Below, piece by piece: positions 21,401 to 30,219 of a DNA stretch of 64,000 nucleotides. Position 1 is the first letter of the stretch, and each line of letters starts with the position of its first letter. The notes below the pieces were generated by a model, which made no database searches, had not been told where the DNA came from, and saw only the letters and a program-made list of their open reading frames with translations. Source of the DNA: a virus (taxonomy: Duplodnaviria > Caudoviricetes). The stretch lies in the IMG/VR virus record IMGVR_UViG_3300031555_001469. One strand, given 5' to 3'. Both the position numbers and the translations under genes were made by a program.

Positions 21401-22760
21401 GGTCTATGACGGTGGTAGTGGAACTGGTACTACATCTGATTATATCGGTAAACACGTTAAGAAGTTTGAATCCGGTAGTACGGGTAGTTTAACATTTGCT
21501 AAATCTTCGGGAAATGACTGGGGATTAAGCTGTGGTACTTACCAGTTTACATTACGTTGGGGAAATGCTATCAAGTTCTTGACAACTTACTTCCCTAATA
21601 TAGTAAACCAGCCTGGATATTATGTGGTATTCCACAACAAGAAGGATTTTCCTTCTAAAACATGGCCGGGTGCTACTTATTGTTCTGGCCCAGCTCAGGT
21701 TGAGAAAGTTTGGAGAGCTTGCTATAATTCGGTGGGCGCTGATGCTTTCTTTAAATATGAATGGGATCATGCAAAGAATAATTGGTACAAGGGCGCATGT
21801 AATTTACTTTCGGATATATTTAATCCTAACACTCACTCTAGATCTATGCAGGAATGTATTTGGTCTTGGGCTATTCATAGTGGTGTTGGTGGATGTAATA
21901 GTGATTTCCGTGCTGCTATTGCAGCTGCTGGAATTACAGATCCACAGAAAGCTTCTGAAGCTAAATTGCTTAAAGCTTGTTATGATTACAGATATAATAA
22001 GTATAAGTTTAAGCGTTATAGTACTGATAGTGGTCAGGAGAGAGATGTTGTGTCTTCTTTAATTGGTAAGAAACCAATTGATTATAGTGGACGAAGCCTT
22101 GGAACTTCTACTGCTGGTATTAGTACTAATGATGAGAAGAATGCATTGTTAAATGAAAATGCAAGCACTTCTTCTGGAATTAATGGTATCTTTAGTGAGA
22201 TTGAAAATATTGTTAAGGGTACTAAGTTATACGAACTTTATAACGGTCTCTTCAATGGTAGTACAACATCTGAAGATGCAACCGAAGCTACTTCTGGTAC
22301 AGGAAGTAACAGAAAGATTAATTCTGCTATTAGAGGAATTATTAAGGGAAGTTCTGGTATGGGTACAACTACAGCCACTGCTAATCTTAATAAGTCCGTA
22401 AGCGGATATAAGCTTAATACGTCTAGTATCAATACACCTAGTGTATCTATTAAACGTACAACAGCAACTAATAATTCTACAAACTCTTTAGATTACAGTA
22501 TGATATTAACAGCGATGATAGAGATCTTATCTACTATTGCTAATAATACAGCTGCTATTCAGAAGATAGTGGATTTATTATCCAATTCACTTGGTATAGA
22601 TACTTCGTCGATTAACACAAAAACTGATTCTACGGGTAAGATTAAAGCTAAGCTTAGATCTAAATTGCAAGAATTAGGTGGAGGATCTTCGGGTTCTGGA
22701 ACCAATAATCCTGATACATTAGCACTTGTTAACGCAATGGCTGCTATTGCTAGAGGATAA
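12429..22760 (+). CDS. Giant tape-measure/tail-associated lysin with C39-like peptidase and lysozyme-like domains
   Basis: 3443 aa, helical, Gly/Ala-rich hydrophobic segments; SGCGPVAAA...HYVVATG (C39-like); KKFESG...GLSCGTYQF (lysozyme-like). Confidence 0.75.
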   Translation: MALKDVTSYIKNMGKSVGYSMIDVSKETAPAMAEFVDTNKELFKDVYAAVKDHKKFMEKTKALITGSKVYEAADVGLKAMKEDIRTGNFYNKARTAEFEAKYSGFNMDDMDADDIEFSMKDDDDGSFGSVEISDGDKYVGSTVESAVKASADLTSTTIARSAEYMGSVTKASTSAIIVQNERLFGNLSNRIVAMHGGINDLYKLHATAIEATGKMNKEFYENTTNLMRESNAMLKEMLEMQRNMYKQEQQKAKEKTTYGDIVGSNGMPDLKEYAKVIGKNFKGATGQFGDMLGMFGKDSNMLAMMVASPLMFIPNFIAKAVIPAAVASNMSELDKSLSGVFGTSIARFNKMAKKDNSPIGSFIGKLFGISSNVKGSIDTGNYNKGAVPFDGITRKSIIEVIPGHLRRIEAILSGMGDERIYDYDKGKWTSASKLKSQYDSIADQHRNSAFSDLRNHAKRYTKTAGFSKSQKKKFDDDFELFLKQVYEEGGYLPSNLRKMKKEDYNYNISDMNFELIRNILTTMNKGDVMSIAGNVLEARNRHNKTISDLELSGSALYNYLFDGSDMKNSYKKFKNKDGKITGFDTAVNIATVTDNLGNNIFFYLQNMLKTMEWYKLNWGMGGGSSNSRKFRNIKDSDWDSYVNHSSSSNSRKYEDERAYDEKIRKSVANGTYVNFIDADSDEDMAEAQAMLRGKAVLAGIKDEDDRRKEYRSKHYGAFYKEQDDLDMGRYSHGKHNKGIVTRLREAGTLMDKFNVISEGIKDFAKSPATLLASVIDKANQSIFSFFYQDPLYDEDGNKIKGFMDLMTSKMKTSFDKFNKFLDDKILDPLKKKLGVDSFGDLADKFLGMFGLDKKGRKEKWDNLFGEGTFFGDFKKGFKDEIDRITKEVAESTKAAMKATYGKAGEAIFGTNSTSNPVVDKKRQAELARQDLLNRSSARARAYLTGTGYDGEDFEARVAELAGSSKNMRIVRAWEDENAARENEYGNLFNSGDTLDSWINSGSIKDQNAKRNMMAYYASRGQEASEYTKNGNVLDYINMIDKALRTPKKVRRANRFVNESNSQVARATGRESETDSEGDPRQRGIHAFGARMVTKAGLTMISPGEAIIPANMNPFNPDMDTVDINQQLANEKRLKNKFIGSLRDRIATKAGGDDGTGVPLAESKSLAQQAGGKIKDGATELVTRIVLGSDKEAKAFKDATSEITQKIKGYLPTMAATGLIGGGVGLLTGIGGPILGAVAGAGLGLLQKSDTLQNWLFGEVIGEDENGKDIRKGGVISQKMQQSMQKYLPDLKNFGIAGALTGLFTPLGPVGGLMVGSALAYVKNNDKFAQILYGDVIGKDENGKDIRDGGILGKSHMDKLKKAAPNILGGAAIGALAGPFGLVGNLALGSAIGLASSTEGFKTLIFGEEVDGERTGGIAGALHDGFVEPMKEFGKSIKDGFDSFIKDDILSPLAGAIEPLTKEISDMIKGIVMFVPNIFTKFMENRITAPLANWMEERIFNPLGKATKFLLSAPIKLAKTVVSAPFKAVGALGNAVRGKHIAKGKAGYMTARERLDFRAKHKVGMALSIHRDKYREEDEVIANLDASSVQKLKDVLDAQLTGGKSLTQNIEKTKNKIYVAVDKYFKDNDKVLLLNKGTRSKILKAIQKENYKEAVTLIRTGKGKDGRPIPESEREALLEELVPLIETYENLKARKKQLDDLGEVDTVALAREMGFKKFKGTKKDLKKYSDLLRGTYNAFEAEGAYKTDTLGLNDSEDTEIVSNQSLETQTDRIVESIDNLTAMIKGLIDPDSITAVSEEHGDTYESNLASFSEAIANGKAEDLRAARARVTDLAKIYGLHGGLYGDDGEVKHDILSGLINNEAGFDALMRAKNDGTNLRVGNIGKYLYTSQTDNKNFLRLQELGNYTDLPEDMIDAVLKLNKSQYDRLFTAVSRGAKVVDANGKFDKDAFDVLINSDGNYNWETNTGKAYKGKVNEMAHYTVKSVRAIKNAFAGSINKTFDHFFIQFQGLGLVGSGPGAICSEKQLQWLYKNAYYELDRAASAKDPEQAFIELYNKYKNKLPSTATILSAGESVVDASEIETRAFGKFKNLITNNKFVAKFKKIGTSDSSDSKESQEEANKNALENERQNVIASGVTTVAEAIHNWRAKYDKDQKDEESGNNGFWGKLLKGLVLGGRVLGTIGIGAFGAGIYKNYLEPQVANIFNDHVKPWWTDKALPALKESAFGKAIMRGMDYITGSGEFAETGGLRGTLAKGFDWFLGNGEYNGNGLIDKAKGFIMDTIVPNMFTGLEWVIGDLAPKILSGLFTALPKLLGATVRGIGNFFKLSITSLLKPNVKTYAADDFDISYDGNMPTSSVISKGGNSSVLSRWGLAKPATYDFNGTVSTSGVSSSDSGSISGTEYYVNESGRSTAAAVGEAVTRGTLTKGGGLIKAFAKGGLGNKVLKNTVGKLGIAGKAVSGAVGGGSTLLTKITSGGNSLLRKALDKFGVNPDKWLGNAAGEVTEEAAESAVKQGAEAAAKQTAETVGEKVMKETAENVTEKAATGAGKGIVEKVTKFVTEKLTGLFANGTVISAIKKALKASGKEATEKAAKKAAKELGENIIKKLVKNLAEKAAKAAAKAVAKLSASIASAGIVTIAFIVADFVSGMKNAETILGVTDGVSVLERLLCGVINAITENLTFGLIPADTIVDIVVEYAAPALGIDTSKITARREAAIKEIEEWNKEHPDDQYESVESYNKKDRWTTKAWKSVKGWFGGGSDKEDEKRLKASSSTSSYAASASGTSSRVRAAGMYGTGSGKHLSQIDPRYANMRFNSSADSARQTIGDSGCGPVAAAQVVQRYSGYGADPVNAARYAIKNGYKETNGGTYPAFFRDYLGANNINTELLTDIRSTVNRIGSGSPVILMGKDSSNSKSTPYGASPHYVVATGFDKRGNIIIQNPESMTPDSIYNAGDVLSKSSLAIGTSYGTGNGYNKLMGMPMFGRGRAAMTTNMVYDGGSGTGTTSDYIGKHVKKFESGSTGSLTFAKSSGNDWGLSCGTYQFTLRWGNAIKFLTTYFPNIVNQPGYYVVFHNKKDFPSKTWPGATYCSGPAQVEKVWRACYNSVGADAFFKYEWDHAKNNWYKGACNLLSDIFNPNTHSRSMQECIWSWAIHSGVGGCNSDFRAAIAAAGITDPQKASEAKLLKACYDYRYNKYKFKRYSTDSGQERDVVSSLIGKKPIDYSGRSLGTSTAGISTNDEKNALLNENASTSSGINGIFSEIENIVKGTKLYELYNGLFNGSTTSEDATEATSGTGSNRKINSAIRGIIKGSSGMGTTTATANLNKSVSGYKLNTSSINTPSVSIKRTTATNNSTNSLDYSMILTAMIEILSTIANNTAAIQKIVDLLSNSLGIDTSSINTKTDSTGKIKAKLRSKLQELGGGSSGSGTNNPDTLALVNAMAAIARG

Positions 22761-22765
22761 TTAAT

Positions 22766-22800
22766 TTGAGACGTAGTGATTTAATGTCACTACGTCTCAA
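22766..22800 (+). terminator. Long hairpin, terminator overlapping the next late promoter
   Basis: TTGAGACGTAGTGA-tttaatg-TCACTACGTCTCAA. Confidence 0.75.
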
Positions 22801-22832
22801 CTTTATAGTAATACAAGAAAGGATGTGATTAA

Positions 22833-24785
22833 ATGCCAACTAAATATAAATCCCTTATGTCTACTAATGTATATAGTAAACCAACTGCTTCTTCTATGAT
22901 TCTTGATATGATGAATAAAGGGGTAGAGATTAATGTATATACAACAGCAAATAGCGGTAAATGGTTATGTTTAGATAGCGGTGGAACTCAGTGGGTTCCA
23001 ATGTATAATTCTAATAGCCAGCCCATATTTCAAACAACTGAACCTATGCAGAAAAGTACTGTTTCTGAAACAAAAGCAGAAGATGTAAATAAATCAACTG
23101 GAGCTTCTAAAAGTAGTTACTTTTATATAGGTACCAATTGGAATGATGGTAAAGCTGTAAATCAAGAAGGTAATGCATTTAAAACAAAGAGTGATGCAAT
23201 GAATTATTACAATGGTCCTCTTAGTTCTAAAGGTAGTCAAAAATCTAATTATAAAATATATGACTCTAATGGAAATAAAGTATATCCTACAACTAATGAG
23301 CCTACTACAGCTACTACTTCTGTTAGTGCTATAGAAGATACTTCTGAAAATGAAGCTGATATTGATTGGATTGAAGTATATGGTTTAGAAGGAGATGCTG
23401 GTTCTTCTTATGTCAAAAGTATAGAGTCTTTGACAATAAAAAATGTTAAAGGTATTATGGGATTACCATATCAATGGACCCCATTACAAGATCCTAGAAT
23501 AACTAGCGGTAATGGTAAAAAGGTAGGTGATAATAGTGGTATAGGTAGAACTTATGGTGATAAGATTTTATCAAGAGTCCCTTTATTATTAATCACCCCA
23601 GGTGTTCCTGACTTTATGGGTAGTTATTCTGATAAACAAGCAGAAACTTTATTGGGTAAAATGCTCCAAAGTGTCGGTGACGATACAGATATTGATAAAA
23701 ATGATTCGGCTTTAAAGAGTATAATCACAAGACAGGGTAAGTACTACAATCTTAAATTTGATTATGCTAGTTATTATAGCTGCGTAAATCCTATGTGTAG
23801 GGCAGCAGCCTATTTTTTAGGTATACAAAATAAAAAAATTGATAATGAATATTTAAAAAGATATGATCATTACAAACATAATAGATCAGAGCTCGATTCG
23901 TTTCTTGGTACATATAGAGGCTGTGTTCCTTTTTATGTAAATTCAGAAACTTCTATCCAAGATTCTTTTGGTAATGATACATCTCAATCCTCATTAGCAG
24001 ATAAGATTAATGGATATTCATCTATGGCAAATGAATTAAGCTATATTTTAGGTAATTCTAAAGCTGGTGATTTATATGATGATCTTAAATCTACTGTAGA
24101 TAATAGTGTAGAAGGATTAGGAAATTTGGTCCATACAATGATGGGCGGAACTAACCTAATCAGTAGTATTACAGATGGTTTAACGTCTGTATTAGCAGGC
24201 GGTAAACTCATATTTCCAGAAATATGGTCAGATTCTAGTTTTACTAGATCTTATGATGTCACTGTAAAATTAGTGACTCCAGATAATGATAAATTATCTT
24301 GGTTCTTAAATATATGGGTACCATTAGCTCATTTAATGGCATTATGCCTTCCTAGACAGGTTGACGTAAATGGTTATATATCTCCATTCTTAGTAAGAGC
24401 TTTTTATAAAGGTCTCTTTAATGTAGATATGGGTATTATAACAAATATGAGTGTACAGAAAGGTGGAGATGGTCTTTGGACTAAGGATGGTCTCCCTACA
24501 TCAGTAGAAGTTTCGTTTACAATTAAAGACCTTTATAATTACATGGCTTTAAGTAATGATCCTTCTATAACTAATAATCTTATGAATAATATCACATTGC
24601 TTGACTATATAGGAAATAGCTGTGGTATAAACATCAATGAAACTGATGTTATAAGAAACGTTGAAATGTTTCTTATGGTAGGAGAAGTAGGTACAGTACA
24701 AGATCAAATTGTAAATGGTGTATTTACAAATCTCGATCAGTGGTTTACGAATAGAGTAGCTAAGATATTTGGATATTTTAATTAA
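22833..24785 (+). CDS. Virion baseplate/tail-tube-initiator-like protein with N-terminal SH3-like and cell-wall-binding modules
   Basis: FPEIWSDSSFTRSY...MGIITNMSV...DGLPTSVEVSFTIKDL tube-like C-terminus; follows the tape measure. Confidence 0.55.
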   Translation: MPTKYKSLMSTNVYSKPTASSMILDMMNKGVEINVYTTANSGKWLCLDSGGTQWVPMYNSNSQPIFQTTEPMQKSTVSETKAEDVNKSTGASKSSYFYIGTNWNDGKAVNQEGNAFKTKSDAMNYYNGPLSSKGSQKSNYKIYDSNGNKVYPTTNEPTTATTSVSAIEDTSENEADIDWIEVYGLEGDAGSSYVKSIESLTIKNVKGIMGLPYQWTPLQDPRITSGNGKKVGDNSGIGRTYGDKILSRVPLLLITPGVPDFMGSYSDKQAETLLGKMLQSVGDDTDIDKNDSALKSIITRQGKYYNLKFDYASYYSCVNPMCRAAAYFLGIQNKKIDNEYLKRYDHYKHNRSELDSFLGTYRGCVPFYVNSETSIQDSFGNDTSQSSLADKINGYSSMANELSYILGNSKAGDLYDDLKSTVDNSVEGLGNLVHTMMGGTNLISSITDGLTSVLAGGKLIFPEIWSDSSFTRSYDVTVKLVTPDNDKLSWFLNIWVPLAHLMALCLPRQVDVNGYISPFLVRAFYKGLFNVDMGIITNMSVQKGGDGLWTKDGLPTSVEVSFTIKDLYNYMALSNDPSITNNLMNNITLLDYIGNSCGININETDVIRNVEMFLMVGEVGTVQDQIVNGVFTNLDQWFTNRVAKIFGYFN

Positions 24786-24856
24786 AAAATATCGATTCTG
24801 AAACATAGGGGTAAGTGGAAGCACTTACCCCTAAAAAATTTGTAAGGGAGTATACT

Positions 24857-25558
24857 ATGAAAAATAGAAAACAAAAACTCGATGAATATGATATGAAGTA
24901 CAAAGATATACCAAGAGATTACTTGGAGCGACTATCTTATATGTATGATTTCTATCATGTATCAGAGAAAAAAGCTTATGAAATAATTCAGAAGAGGCAA
25001 CAACTTCTGAGTAATTTATATTATCAAGAAATTAGAATAGTTTTATATGAAGAACCAGAAGGTTCTCCGCGTCCTAGATTCAGAATAGTAAATAGGAGTA
25101 ACTTAAAAGCTAATGCAATGTCTGCAAGTCAATTTGTTCATGTATATTCTATGACAGGTGCGTCAGATAATAATTACATGAAACGGTTATTAACAGAAAA
25201 TGATTTTGAAGGGTTTGATCAAATAATATGTACTCCATGTGATGTAGAATATTGTTGTTATTTCAAAACCCCATCATCATACCCTGTTCAAGATATATTT
25301 TTAGCAGAAATTGGATTAGAGAGACCTCTAACTAAACCTGACTGGGACAACGTAGGAAAGAAATACTCTGATATGATGAATAGAAACATATGGCTAGATG
25401 ATGCATTTGTAATCGATGGTCATGTACGAAAATACTATTCAATATTACCACGTATAGAAATAAGATTACTATACGCTAACCAAGTATTTAACAGATACCA
25501 GTATAATAGTATCTCAAACAGAGTGGACTTTAAGGATGGTATGATATTAAAATATTAA
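24857..25558 (+). CDS. rusA: RusA-family Holliday junction resolvase
   Basis: PRPRF and TKPDWDNVGKKYSD...WLDDAFV...KYYS..PRIEI. Confidence 0.8.
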   Translation: MKNRKQKLDEYDMKYKDIPRDYLERLSYMYDFYHVSEKKAYEIIQKRQQLLSNLYYQEIRIVLYEEPEGSPRPRFRIVNRSNLKANAMSASQFVHVYSMTGASDNNYMKRLLTENDFEGFDQIICTPCDVEYCCYFKTPSSYPVQDIFLAEIGLERPLTKPDWDNVGKKYSDMMNRNIWLDDAFVIDGHVRKYYSILPRIEIRLLYANQVFNRYQYNSISNRVDFKDGMILKY

Positions 25559-25573
25559 GCGAGGTAAAGTGAC

Positions 25574-25927
25574 ATGATAACTGATATCATTACTATCAAA
25601 CAAGAATTAAACAGAAAATTTTATACATCTGAGATTATGGAAGAGATCAGAAGAGATATTGAAAGTGGATTAGATGCTAAAGTTGATATTATTGGAGGAC
25701 AGATTCATTTTCGAATATCTAAGAAAACAGCGAAAGCTAATGGATTTAAGTTTGATGATTCTACTTCAGTATACAATTACATAGAAGAAGAATTAAGACG
25801 TATTTATTATGGATATTCTAGAGACATAAAAGATTTAAATTTAGATATCAATACAATTGAAAGAAATATATCTTATTTATATCGTCTCAATGCAATTAGT
25901 GGAAACACATTTATATTAGAATTATAA
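25574..25927 (+). CDS. Hypothetical protein
   Basis: ORF with GAGG SD. Confidence 0.7.
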   Translation: MITDIITIKQELNRKFYTSEIMEEIRRDIESGLDAKVDIIGGQIHFRISKKTAKANGFKFDDSTSVYNYIEEELRRIYYGYSRDIKDLNLDINTIERNISYLYRLNAISGNTFILEL

Positions 25928-25932
25928 AAGAA

Positions 25933-25962
25933 TCCCCGTAAGAGATAATCTCTTACGGGGAC
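25933..25962. terminator. Bidirectional terminator (TCCCGTA family)
   Basis: TCCCCGTAAGAGA-taa-TCTCTTACGGGGA between convergent genes. Confidence 0.8.
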
Positions 25963-25971
25963 AAATTTTGT

Positions 25972-26907
25972 TTACATAGAAGCCAATAAGTCTTCAACCT
26001 TTTCAACTGTCATAGATTCGATCTTAGTGGTATTGAGCATTTCTAAGAAAGTATACATAGTATCTGCATAAGATACAATCTTATCCATACTAACTTCACC
26101 ATTCTCAGAAAAATGTTCTTTTAACTGTTCATTCTTCAATGTACTCTTCAGCATAGATTCTACGATATGATGATAGAGATTCTTAGTACTGGAAGATCTG
26201 ATCTTGGCAATGCTACGCTTAGCTGCAATATTAGCAGCTTCTTCAACGTTAGCCTTATCTGCTTCTTTAGCATGATCGATCTTATCCTTAGCATCTCTAA
26301 GAATGTCTTCGATGTTCATCTTGTCGAGTCTGTTAGAAGTAACAAATTCACTTGCTGCACTACTTACTCTCATAGCAATAGTATCAGTGATGTTTTCCAT
26401 ATCGGAAGCCTTAAGGCTATCGAAAAACTCATCTCTGATCTGAGTAGATACTACGAAAGAATCAGGTTTGTTCTTATCACAATTTTCTAATGTCTTATCA
26501 CATGCCTTTTCAACAAGCATAGACATTTCAGAAAGTAAATAAGACTTAGTCTTCCAAGAAGATAAGATACGAGTAGCACCATTCTCCTTGATATAGTTAG
26601 CAATTAAGCTTCTCATGATAGGTTCTTCTTTCTTTAAATCATGAGATTCATTCATGCACTTAGAGAATATTTCATACATACATTCTCCAAGGAAAGATTC
26701 CTTAATACTACTGACAAATTCAGTGTACTGTCTGGCAATAACAGATCTATTAGCTCCGCTTTGTAAAAGAGTCTGAACAGTTTCATTGTAAGCTTCCTGC
26801 TCCAACTTTCTCTTCTTCTCTGCCTGGAGCTGATCTTTTTTGATCATATCATTATATGATTCCTGTATCTTTATAAAATCTTTTGGACTTATAAAAGGAT
26901 TCTTCAT
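25972..26907 (-). CDS. Late, probably virion, helical protein
   Basis: Late motif at 26938-26949; structural neighbourhood. Confidence 0.6.
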   Translation of the reverse strand: MKNPFISPKDFIKIQESYNDMIKKDQLQAEKKRKLEQEAYNETVQTLLQSGANRSVIARQYTEFVSSIKESFLGECMYEIFSKCMNESHDLKKEEPIMRSLIANYIKENGATRILSSWKTKSYLLSEMSMLVEKACDKTLENCDKNKPDSFVVSTQIRDEFFDSLKASDMENITDTIAMRVSSAASEFVTSNRLDKMNIEDILRDAKDKIDHAKEADKANVEEAANIAAKRSIAKIRSSSTKNLYHHIVESMLKSTLKNEQLKEHFSENGEVSMDKIVSYADTMYTFLEMLNTTKIESMTVEKVEDLLASM

Positions 26908-26952
26908 ATAGATTAAACCTCCTTAGCTTAATTTAATTACTCTTATGTTTCC

Positions 26953-29900
26953 CTAATCAGTGACAATCTCAATACTAGGGTTACCATAAGAATCGGTAGT
27001 TATATTTAAGAACTCAGGAACAATATGGTTCGAATCTATTTCAGGTCTATAGAAATGCTGAATACCAGGTCCGTATCCGTTACAATCTAAGAACTCAAAG
27101 TAATTCAATTGCTCCCTATACTTATTAGTGATTGTAGTAATAAGATTAGGAATATGAAGATCTGTAATATCATTAATATCTTCCATGTATTCCTTAATAT
27201 TATTGACAATATCATTCATGATAGTCTTATCACTGTTTGTAACAGTAGATATTCTAAATTTCATAGAAAGATTTACACTATTAAGTCTTCTATTTTCTCC
27301 TACATAGAAAAGATTTGTAGGGCCATACGTATTAAAGAATTTGAAATCGATTCCGAAGGAGTCTTCAAGAATATCTAAACAATATTCCATATAGATTCTT
27401 CTTCTCTCAATCTGTTCAATAATAGTATCAAGTACTGTACTATCTTCTACATATGATGCTTTAATCAATGGAACTTTCTTTACCGTATAGTAAATTTCTC
27501 CATCTTCTTCAGACAATGAGATCGGACAGTACGTAAGATTGGAATAGTTGTTAAATACATCTAAACCTTTTGTTACTTTATAATTGTTACAGAGTGTATA
27601 CTTATCCACACCAGGGAAAAGCTTATAAATACTTGCATTACTTGTCTTATCTGGGGTTGTATTAAACTCAGCAAAGATATAAATAGTGGCAGAGATATTA
27701 CTCTCTAAATCACCATAAGTATCTACACCAGATCCTACATCCTTAAGACCAGTTACACGAAGTTTATTAGCATCGGTAAAGATATCATTTGTATACATTG
27801 TAAAGGTATATCTAAACGAAGCATCTTCTTCATCATAAGAATCAAACTTACCTTCAAGATAACCTATATTAGCACCTTCGCTATTAGCAAGCATAACGAA
27901 AGGTTTTATCTTAGCGTCTATTACAGTTCCATTTTCATCAGTTACTAATAATCCAGCATCTTTAGCTATATTTTGAACCATGTCAATGGAAAGTGTATAA
28001 GAACTAGTGCCTCCTATCTTAGTATTTCTAACCCATTCAATATAAGATGAAATAAACTGAATATCAGAGCTCTGGTTAATATAAGAGAACTCAAGATACT
28101 TAGTTGCATTGATATTGGTCAGGAAAGTGGAAGCATATAATGGGTTTCTATCAATTAACGTTAAGAACGGTGTTGTATAGACAAAATAACCCTTATCTTC
28201 TGCATACATGTCTAAGCTATAAATATATTTCTCTACAGCATCAGCATAGTCAGAAGTATCAAAGTATTCTTCTAATGTGAATACGTACTGAATTACTAAA
28301 CCAGCATATATATCTGTCTCATAGAACTGATCGAGACTAAATACATATGAGGTTAAGAGTGTATTATATTCACCAGTTGTTTTATAATTATCCAGTGGGA
28401 AATCAGTTTCTTCTAAACCGTTTTCTATAAGATAATTACTATAAGCATTATTTACAATTTCAGAATCTGTATTTAAAGATTCTTCAGAAGCAAATAAGCC
28501 ATTATTTGTTAAATAAGATTCATATTCCGAAGCTAATATTGTAGATTCTTTAAAATCTTCTTCTGTAGCAAATAATGTTTTTGAAGTAATATAAGTTTCA
28601 TATAAATACGAAACACTTTCAGATGCCTTAAATTCATCTTCTGTAAAATACAGTAATCTAGGGCATCTCCAAGCTCTATACTTTTCACTGAAGTGATCAG
28701 TAGCCTGATAGTCTTCGTCTGTTATAGACGATAAACCATTCTTAAGCATATAATCTTCTTTAGCATAAGTATAGAATGTTGTGGTTAAATATATATCTTT
28801 AGATGTTTCAGCATTATGCGCTTCAATGTATGCAGTAACACCAGCATTTAATTCAGCATCGGTACTAGGTACACAATATGAAGAACCCCACATACCGGTT
28901 TCAAAATCGGATGGTGGTAAGTAAAACTTAGAGCCAGGTTCTATGATCATATTGTCATAGTCTGGATATGTCAGAGTATCAGACTGCTTAACTCTGATAT
29001 CAAGAGTATTGGTTGGAATGATTACATCATTATCATCTTTTAATAAGAGATAAGAGTAGTATAATCTTTCAACCTGATTATCTCTTTTCTTATAGAAGAA
29101 AATCTTATCTGTATCGGTATCGATAGAGTTGAAGAAATTCTCTAAGTCTGTTGTATTAATGATAGATCCTCTAGAAGAAGATTCCTTAGGAATAATCTTT
29201 CTGATATCATCAACAGATTTCTTATCAATACCATACATCGCATCAGATGTAGGTTTAATAAGCATATACATTCCATTGTAATCGTATTTTTCAGACTGTA
29301 AGTCGATCTGAACTTCATCTTTGTAAGTGAAGTTACCTTTATCCCCCTGACAAGTCTTGATATGAACAGTTACATCACAGTTGATAACTGGTTCATATGA
29401 ATCGGAATTGAATTTAACTCTGATAGTATTTGCATTAAGGAAAGTATAATTACAATACTCCTTAGTCTGACCAACATCATAAACATTTAATCCGTCATAT
29501 ACTGGAGTTAAATAATGAGTCTCATCACCCTCGACACACTCTATATAGAAGTCAGCCATCTGACCATCATAAGAGAATGTAAGAGTCTTATTTTCGATTA
29601 CGTTATCTGTAAGAATTTTTTTATACACAGTATTATGCTCTACCTGTCTAAGAGTTACGGTTAATACTACAAGATTAGATGTAGCATCACCCTTTACTAT
29701 AGCAATAGGTGGAAGATAAGGATTTGTGATATCAGATAACGGGTTTTCTAAATTGATATTATACATTGCAGAATAGGTGTATCCGACTGCAAGGTTCTTC
29801 CTAGTGATTATGATATCATAATCAGTATGGAATTCATAATCTCCTATATAGATAGGAACGTCTTTATCGAAAACAAATCTATTGTTTTTCATTAAACTTA

Positions 29901-30219
29901 CTAAAGACTTTTCTGGTAAACACATTAAGACTTGCATTGTAGAAGGTGTAGCAAAAATATTTGTAATACCTAAAGACAATGCATGTGTAATTATATTCTT
30001 TTCAAACTTAGCTTTTGTAGGTATAGCTTCATTTGAATATTCAGATGCTCTTATAGCAGTATCCTGCAATAAGTTAGCAAATAAACTTCCCATATAACCA
30101 AAGAGACCCATTGCTAAAGTTTCATCAGAAGTTCCTTCGATAAACTTAGACTTTAGGCTATTGGTAAATTCGGTGAGTTCATAGATATCTGTGCTTATAT
30201 TATTCGTTGTCGTCGCCAT
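26953..30219 (-). CDS. Baseplate wedge-like virion protein with internal repeat insertion
   Basis: gp6/J-like features (EAIPTKAKFEKNIITHALSLG; VDDIRKIIP..SSRGSIINTTDLENF); position in tail cluster. Confidence 0.6.
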   Translation of the reverse strand: MATTTNNISTDIYELTEFTNSLKSKFIEGTSDETLAMGLFGYMGSLFANLLQDTAIRASEYSNEAIPTKAKFEKNIITHALSLGITNIFATPSTMQVLMCLPEKSLVSLMKNNRFVFDKDVPIYIGDYEFHTDYDIIITRKNLAVGYTYSAMYNINLENPLSDITNPYLPPIAIVKGDATSNLVVLTVTLRQVEHNTVYKKILTDNVIENKTLTFSYDGQMADFYIECVEGDETHYLTPVYDGLNVYDVGQTKEYCNYTFLNANTIRVKFNSDSYEPVINCDVTVHIKTCQGDKGNFTYKDEVQIDLQSEKYDYNGMYMLIKPTSDAMYGIDKKSVDDIRKIIPKESSSRGSIINTTDLENFFNSIDTDTDKIFFYKKRDNQVERLYYSYLLLKDDNDVIIPTNTLDIRVKQSDTLTYPDYDNMIIEPGSKFYLPPSDFETGMWGSSYCVPSTDAELNAGVTAYIEAHNAETSKDIYLTTTFYTYAKEDYMLKNGLSSITDEDYQATDHFSEKYRAWRCPRLLYFTEDEFKASESVSYLYETYITSKTLFATEEDFKESTILASEYESYLTNNGLFASEESLNTDSEIVNNAYSNYLIENGLEETDFPLDNYKTTGEYNTLLTSYVFSLDQFYETDIYAGLVIQYVFTLEEYFDTSDYADAVEKYIYSLDMYAEDKGYFVYTTPFLTLIDRNPLYASTFLTNINATKYLEFSYINQSSDIQFISSYIEWVRNTKIGGTSSYTLSIDMVQNIAKDAGLLVTDENGTVIDAKIKPFVMLANSEGANIGYLEGKFDSYDEEDASFRYTFTMYTNDIFTDANKLRVTGLKDVGSGVDTYGDLESNISATIYIFAEFNTTPDKTSNASIYKLFPGVDKYTLCNNYKVTKGLDVFNNYSNLTYCPISLSEEDGEIYYTVKKVPLIKASYVEDSTVLDTIIEQIERRRIYMEYCLDILEDSFGIDFKFFNTYGPTNLFYVGENRRLNSVNLSMKFRISTVTNSDKTIMNDIVNNIKEYMEDINDITDLHIPNLITTITNKYREQLNYFEFLDCNGYGPGIQHFYRPEIDSNHIVPEFLNITTDSYGNPSIEIVTD

